Below, in pieces: positions 17,417 through 22,300 of a stretch of DNA of 22,300 nt; positions within the stretch are counted from its first letter, which is position 1; every line of letters begins with the position of its first letter. The notes beneath the pieces were generated by a model, which worked only from the letters and a program-made list of their open reading frames with translations, made no database searches and was not told the DNA's origin. Source of the DNA: Nitrososphaerota archaeon (GTDB lineage Archaea > Thermoproteota > Nitrososphaeria > Nitrososphaerales > Nitrosopumilaceae); NCBI GenBank assembly GCA_028867755.1, contig JAGWFT010000004.1, forward strand, positions 1-22,300, read 5' to 3'. Both the position numbers and the translations under genes were made by a program.

Positions 17417-17719
17417 TCATTCCATCTTGGACTCGTCTGCAACAAAATGCTTCATTAAAGATATGATGTACGACGAAGTGCGGATGTTTTCATGAGTATA
17501 ATTTGTATGAATGAAACGCATTTTTTCATGCATGGAAAGTGCCTTTGTCCATACCTGCCTTGCAGTAGAGCGGTCAATTGTCCATAACGAGTCGTCTGAT
17601 GTTGTTATGATTATTCTTCCCCCAGAGTATTTTGCATAAAATGTCTTGGTCTGTGTTGCAAACTGTTTTTGTGTGCCAAGATCTACTGTCATGATACTCC
17701 AAAACTCGTCGAATTTCAT
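17417..17719 (-). CDS. Hypothetical protein (100 aa)
   Basis: ATG-start ORF with a TATA-like GTTAAAT about 28 nt upstream. No family recognised. Confidence 0.7.
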   Translation of the reverse strand: MKFDEFWSIMTVDLGTQKQFATQTKTFYAKYSGGRIIITTSDDSLWTIDRSTARQVWTKALSMHEKMRFIHTNYTHENIRTSSYIISLMKHFVADESKME

Positions 17720-17817
17720 GGTACGATGTTGTATTTGCTTTGATTTAACTAGTTTTGATGTTTCTATATGGAATAGTTTATCATTTTTACTTGCAAATAC
17801 AGATTTTTTACTTGTAA

Positions 17818-18273
17818 CTAGTATCTTGGATCAAGTCGTAAGCCAGTCTTTGCAGATATCAGAATTATTGATGCAATAGCAGCGATTAGAACTAGCACCG
17901 ATACTGATCCAAATTCAGGGACTGTTTGGTTGGCAGTTGGATTTGCCAGAGTACCATTTGCAGCTGTTGTATTCTCGACAGGATTTACAATATCGCTTGA
18001 TACATCAGGAATTGTATTTGGTCCACCAAGATCATCTTTCTGGTTTGTAATATCTGTACCATTATTCGTTCCCGAAGTATCGGTAGAGTTTGAAATATCA
18101 GTCGAGTTATCTCTTAGACTTTGATCGAGACTTCCGATATCAGATGTTTGACCATAAACAGGCTTCAAAAAAGTCACATCAGATTGAAAGCTAGTCTGGT
18201 GATAGCTTGTAAATGGCACATACAAAACAAAAAAAGCAAATAATACAATTAACATGATTACTCTTTTTGCCAA
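17818..18273 (-). CDS. PEFG-CTERM sorting-domain surface protein with a low-complexity Thr/Asn/Asp/Ser body
   Basis: N-terminal signal peptide; C-terminal VPEFG motif followed by a TM helix and basic tail (SAKTGLRLDPRY), the archaeosortase substrate pattern. Confidence 0.88.
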   Translation of the reverse strand: MAKRVIMLIVLFAFFVLYVPFTSYHQTSFQSDVTFLKPVYGQTSDIGSLDQSLRDNSTDISNSTDTSGTNNGTDITNQKDDLGGPNTIPDVSSDIVNPVENTTAANGTLANPTANQTVPEFGSVSVLVLIAAIASIILISAKTGLRLDPRY

Positions 18274-18318
18274 ATTTTCTACCTAAGCAAAGAAATATGA
18301 TTCCAATAATTAACCATT

Positions 18319-18431
18319 ACTTGACACAAGTAAATGCGTTGACCGTATGACCTGACTAGAGATTATTTAATAATTACGCAGGATGGTCACTAATCATTGT
18401 CAAGTTACAAAGTTGCGTAATCTATTATATG
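18319..18431. promoter_or_regulatory. Divergent promoter region with two interleaved 8-bp inverted pairs and a TATA-like box
   Basis: ACTTGACA (18319-18326) / TGTCAAGT (18398-18405); ATTACGCA (18373-18380) / TGCGTAAT (18414-18421); ATTATATG at 18424-18431, 29 nt before ATG 18460. Confidence 0.45.
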
Positions 18432-18459
18432 TACTATCTCTAATTTTGGACAAGAACAA

Positions 18460-19530
18460 ATGATCCACAATCACAAAATCAATGAAAACATCTTCAAATC
18501 TATTCTAACATGGAAGGTGACAGCATTTGCGGTCATATCCGTACTAGTTGTTTCCTTCTTTGCAGGCAATTTGGTGATAACACCAGCAATGGCAGATAAT
18601 GGAAATTCTACTAATGTTGGTGTAGGTGTCAATGCCTCAAATAATGGCACCGGCTCCAATGCCAATGCAAATACCAATGCCAACACTGGAACAAATGAAA
18701 AGCAAGCTGCGAGAGAGACATTAAAACAGACAACACAACAGGATCAGCTAACATACAAGCAGGCAGTACAGACTGCTGATCTAACATACAAGCAGGCAGT
18801 ACAGGACGCCGATGTTGCCCATACACAAGCTGTACAAAATGCTAATTTTGCATACAATCAAGCTGTCCAAAGTGCAAGAGAGGCATACCAAACCGCTGTT
18901 CGTGGCGTACATAATGCAACTACAATTGGGCAAGCCATGGTAACAAGAGATCAGGCAATTGCAACAGATGAAACCACCAAAACAAATGCGATCGTTTCTG
19001 CTGATGTTACTAAGGACAAGGCAGTAAATAATGCGTGGTTAGCACACCAGACTGCTGTCTACACTGCTCTTGCCACACGCGATGGAAACGATGGAACTGC
19101 ACAGGCAACATTCTATACAACGATTGGTAATGCTACACTTGCAACAAGGGCGCAGACAATAGGTCAGGCACATGTAACTGCCGATAATGCCATCTTGCAA
19201 GCAAGACAGACAAGAATCAACGCCGTGGAAAATGCTGATACTACAAGAGACCAAGCATTAGGGACTGCCCAGACCACATATATCAGTGGAGAAATTAGCG
19301 CCAGAGTCACCCTTGATAATGCTTACACCAGCAATGGCAAGACATGGAATACCGCGTTACAAGCTTATTGGAACTCTTTAGCTCCATTAGAGCAAACAAA
19401 GGACAATTCCATTGCACAGGCTAACGCTGCACAAACAACTGCAGTAGGCAATGCAGACGGCACAAGAGATCAGGCAATTGATCAAGCCTATGCCACAATG
19501 TATGGTTCTATATCAGCAGCCTATTCATAA
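18460..19530 (+). CDS. Secreted Ala/Thr/Gln-rich protein built of 11-residue repeats (probable long coiled coil)
   Basis: Signal peptide ending TPAMA/D, Asn/Gly/Thr-rich linker, then over 20 hendecads (LTYKQAVQTAD, TRDQAIATDET and similar). A 24-bp exact DNA repeat recurs at 33-bp spacing (18748-18771, 18781-18804). Confidence 0.88.
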   Translation: MIHNHKINENIFKSILTWKVTAFAVISVLVVSFFAGNLVITPAMADNGNSTNVGVGVNASNNGTGSNANANTNANTGTNEKQAARETLKQTTQQDQLTYKQAVQTADLTYKQAVQDADVAHTQAVQNANFAYNQAVQSAREAYQTAVRGVHNATTIGQAMVTRDQAIATDETTKTNAIVSADVTKDKAVNNAWLAHQTAVYTALATRDGNDGTAQATFYTTIGNATLATRAQTIGQAHVTADNAILQARQTRINAVENADTTRDQALGTAQTTYISGEISARVTLDNAYTSNGKTWNTALQAYWNSLAPLEQTKDNSIAQANAAQTTAVGNADGTRDQAIDQAYATMYGSISAAYS

Positions 19531-19532
19531 AA

Positions 19533-19565
19533 GCCGTACAAAACGGCAACCTCTTTTATTTTATA
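19533..19565 (+). terminator. Possible terminator: GCCGT-ACAAA-ACGGC hairpin followed by a T-rich tract
   Basis: Starts 3 nt after the stop of the hendecad gene; CTCTTTTATTTTAT follows. Confidence 0.35.
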
Positions 19566-19613
19566 TTACACATAACAGGTGGAGCATAGTTGCAACTTTC
19601 AAAAAAGTCTCAA

Positions 19614-19949
19614 CTAAACATTTACCGTATGATCGTGTCTATAGCCACAGGATTGACACAAAAATATCTGATGCAAGTCTCCCTTGATGTCTTTTTTAAT
19701 ATCAGAAACTAGTTTTTCCATGGCAAGCCCCTTTCTTGGGCAGTCATCATTTGGGCACAGCATATCATAATCTAGTATATGATCCAAACAAAAGTATCCT
19801 TGCTTTGAAGAATAACTTCCTTCTTTACCACATTTTTCCTTATCACAGATTCTTTTCTTGTAAGAGTCTACTGGAATTCTGTTTCTAGGTATGTCCAATT
19901 CCTTCATGTCATGTTGTTGGTAACTTTGGTATTTTTCAAATGTTTCCAC
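19614..19949 (-). CDS. Double zinc-finger-like protein (111 aa)
   Basis: C-x4-C...C-x2-H and C-x4-C...C-x2-C clusters. GTG start overlaps the upstream TAG by 1 nt. Confidence 0.7.
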   Translation of the reverse strand: METFEKYQSYQQHDMKELDIPRNRIPVDSYKKRICDKEKCGKEGSYSSKQGYFCLDHILDYDMLCPNDDCPRKGLAMEKLVSDIKKDIKGDLHQIFLCQSCGYRHDHTVNV

Positions 19950-20116
19950 TAGATCTCAGAATTTTCATCTTCATAAAAATCAGGTCGAATTCTACTTCCA
20001 TACAAGGCAACATCCTTGGCCTCCCTTCTTCTTTTTATCCACAAATGAATTCCGCCAAATGTCATTGCACCCAAAAGAATCATTCCTGGAATTATCCACA
20101 TCATACCAAGTGCCAT
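19949..20116 (-). CDS. 55-aa single-pass membrane protein
   Basis: Not in the ORF track. MALGMMWIIPGMILLGAMTFGGIHLWIKRRREAKDVALYGSRIRPDFYEDENSEI: N-terminal TM helix followed by KRRR. Stop overlaps the start of the Zn-finger gene. Confidence 0.7.
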   Translation of the reverse strand: MALGMMWIIPGMILLGAMTFGGIHLWIKRRREAKDVALYGSRIRPDFYEDENSEI

Positions 20117-20284
20117 AATATATCATAGTGATTAGTCGGCTATATGTAAATTGGTAATAAATGGTAAAAAATTCACATTTGAATTTTTTTAATTATTTAA
20201 CATCTCCGATTTATGATCAGCTAACAATTAGTACAGAGTTGATGCGAAGTTGCCTTAATCTCAATGATTAGATAAAGAGATACA

Positions 20285-21154
20285 TTGGCACTGGAATCCA
20301 CTCACAAGAAAGGAAGACCTAACATAAAAAATCGAACTGGCATGCAAGAAAAAATAATTGAATTTTATGAAAAAAATGTCAGTGCGGTAACCGCATCCAG
20401 AGAAACTTGATACAATATCAAGACGATCTACAAATATTATAACGAGTTTTCAAAACAAATACTAGAATCACAGTCTGACAATCTCATTGAGAGAAAAAAT
20501 ATTGAAACGACTCAGCTTGTCTTGTCATATGAGCGATTGATCCTTAAAATGCATCAGCTTTTCGATAATGCATTTGAGGAGATGTCTAGGTTGATTCAAG
20601 AAGACAAACCAGTTCCAAAACATCTCGTTGGAGACCTTACTAAAATCTCAAATCACATTGCAGAAATGAACGAGAAAAAATACAATCTATGCTCCAATCT
20701 GGTATTAACAGACAAGAGCATCCCAGAAAAAGATGAGAGTCATGAGATAGTAAAGAAAATAGTCCGACACCTGGTAATTGATGGTGCACATGAATACTGT
20801 GCGTATACTGAAAGGGAAATAATTCAGGCAATAATTGATTTGACAAAATGTGATGTTGCTTATGCCAAATCCATTTTCTCTAAGATGATGGGTTTAGGTC
20901 TTGGGGTGTGCGGCCGAGATGATATGGATTCAGTGTACAGAGAGAAGTATTCACTGCTACCTTTTGCAACGACGCGAGACTATATCTCAAATGAAGAAGT
21001 TCACAAAGTAATGGATAATGCAATAAAAGAAAGAGAATATGAGGTAAAGTTTGAAGAACGAGAAAAGGAGTTTATTGCAAAATATGGAGACAAGTCAACT
21101 TGGACCAAAGAGATTCGTGAAGAATTCTATTCTGAAGATGATGATTTGGTTTAG
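20285..21154 (+). pseudogene. HTH-domain protein gene (289 codons) interrupted by one in-frame TGA at 20408-20410
   Basis: TTG 20285 is in frame with track ORF 20522-21154. Reads ...KKGRP...SAVTASRET*YNIKTIYKYYNEF..., with the stop at the HTH turn glycine (GGA to TGA). No other stop in 870 bp. Confidence 0.75.
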
Positions 21155-21229
21155 TGTGTAGACGAGCGGTTTCAAAGGAAGAAGATTGATTCTTTACCGA
21201 TTTCTTTAAATTATTTTAACCAGCTTTGA

Positions 21230-22039
21230 TCATCCTCTTTTTCTGCCTCTAAGAATTATACTTTGAATACCGTAATTTCTCTTGTATTTATCCACATACT
21301 CATTAATATCAGTGGTGAGATTCTTACTCTCATCATCATAAATTACTGCACAAATATTTGGATATTCTTCTTTGTATTCTTCAAGTTGTGCACTAAGATT
21401 TCTAAGAGCTGTTCTATCCTGTGGAACTTTCAATTCAAAAACAAAATTTCCATCTATTACTATATCTAACTTATCGCCTCTCTTTGTTGAAACTTCTCTT
21501 TCAATTTTCTTTTCTGGAAATTTTGCTTTTAAGAATATGGTGACTTGTGCCTGCAAATGTTCCTCATCTGTAATTTTTTCAGGCTCAAATTGCGCCATTA
21601 TTGAATTAATGATGATTTCAAAATCATTTTGTTTGGGTGAGCTTGTTGAAGATTCCTCTCCAAAAAAGCTTGGAGTAACAATCTTATTTTTTAATGCATA
21701 ATCTTTAATGTGTGAATATCTCAATCCGCTTTCATTTATGATGAATTCAACATAATCGTGCCTATCTTGTTCTACTCTATATTTTGCACCAGTTTTTTCA
21801 TCTATGAATTCAGATCGTGGCTCTCTTCCCAGCATATCTCGGCAAAGCTGTTTGAGTTGTGGAAAGTCAAATTTGTCTAATAGTTTAGATTTATCTCGTA
21901 ATATCTGTTCGCGTATCCTTCTATCCTTTTCTGCCTGCTCATCTCTGAGTCTCATTCTCTCTTTTCTTTCTTCGTTGGCATCTTTGATAGTATTACCTAT
22001 ATCTCCTGCAACTTTTCCAAGAAAGTCACCGAAACCCAT
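21230..22039 (-). CDS. PD-(D/E)XK-superfamily putative endonuclease with an N-terminal amphipathic/coiled-coil extension
   Basis: C-terminal DEEHLQ...IEREV...KLDIVID...FELK...AQLEEY (E...D...ExK...QxxxY pattern). N-terminus MGFGDFLGKVAGDIG followed by a highly charged helix. Confidence 0.75.
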   Translation of the reverse strand: MGFGDFLGKVAGDIGNTIKDANEERKERMRLRDEQAEKDRRIREQILRDKSKLLDKFDFPQLKQLCRDMLGREPRSEFIDEKTGAKYRVEQDRHDYVEFIINESGLRYSHIKDYALKNKIVTPSFFGEESSTSSPKQNDFEIIINSIMAQFEPEKITDEEHLQAQVTIFLKAKFPEKKIEREVSTKRGDKLDIVIDGNFVFELKVPQDRTALRNLSAQLEEYKEEYPNICAVIYDDESKNLTTDINEYVDKYKRNYGIQSIILRGRKRG

Positions 22040-22300
22040 TGTGAACTTTGAACATTATCTTTGAAAAAAGGATTTCGGTTTTAGTCAAATACAAATCACA
22101 CTGACGTCATAACGCTAGTTGTATCGCCGTTTTTGTGCGTAAACGGGAGGCTTTCCATTTTTACTCTTTATCGAGGAAGTCGTTTGCTTTTATTTTGCAC
22201 ATAAATCCAGAGTAACAATAGTTACCACTAGGATTCAAAATAAAATGAATCGTCGCATATAGTCTCTATGTATGTGACTGAGCTGATGTATTGGGTTGTT

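Noticed and set aside
19940-20128. Track ORF of 62 aa on the plus strand
   Set aside because: It is antisense to the 55-aa TM ORF, which has a clear TM-plus-basic pattern and coupling to the next gene.
20408-20410. TGA as selenocysteine or an alternative genetic code
   Set aside because: The position corresponds to a structural Gly, not a catalytic Cys. TGA is used as a normal stop elsewhere in the window (for example 1092, 10671, 14229, 15332), and no SECIS is recognisable.
1300-22064. Numerous short track ORFs antisense to or nested in longer genes (for example 1300-1662, 2759-2950, 4320-4544, 7193-7444, 10034-10276, 11320-11631, 16266-16577, 21372-21701, 21804-22064)
   Set aside because: They are shadows of well-supported genes on the other strand or frame and have no recognisable motifs.
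19533-22146. GCCGT..ACGGC (19533) and GCCGTTTTTGT (22126) as inverted ends or att sites of an element
   Set aside because: The similarity is only about 9-10 imperfect bp, there is no target duplication or recombinase, and each is explained as a local hairpin.
22040-22300. A further gene or RNA at the right edge
   Set aside because: Only short frames without motifs are present, with no tRNA T-loop or other structured-RNA signature.

Overview
AT-rich archaeal window, very probably from an ammonia-oxidising thaumarchaeote (Nitrosopumilales/Nitrosotalea-like). This assignment is inferred from a PEFG-CTERM sorting tail, three copies of the thaumarchaeal 'PxWxKxxAxWW' module, two 'PLEQFKTG...DGSPACV' modules, a blue-copper protein and TATA-box promoters. 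No rRNA, tRNA, CRISPR array, integrase or transposase is recognisable. Most of the window is a cell-surface/accessory island with about eight secreted or surface proteins: a Pro/Thr-repeat fragment, a pentapeptide protein, a cupredoxin, a helical Q/T-rich protein, two paralogous sequon-rich proteins, a PEFG-CTERM protein and an 11-residue-repeat coiled-coil protein. It also holds a DPM1-like GT2-GtrA fusion facing a GT-C transferase, MscL, DoxX, SPFH, GNAT and an orphan PAS-PAS histidine kinase. The right end (19.6-22.1 kb) looks mobile- or defence-like: small TM protein plus Zn-finger operon, an HTH gene interrupted by one in-frame TGA, and a PD-(D/E)XK nuclease. Reading outside the ORF track gave several missed small genes (RHH-like 52 aa, Zn-ribbon 37 aa, frameshifted C2H2 finger, 55-aa TM protein). 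It also gave a YTACGC element 5 nt upstream of the TATA-like box of three secreted-protein genes, with an inverted copy at a fourth.
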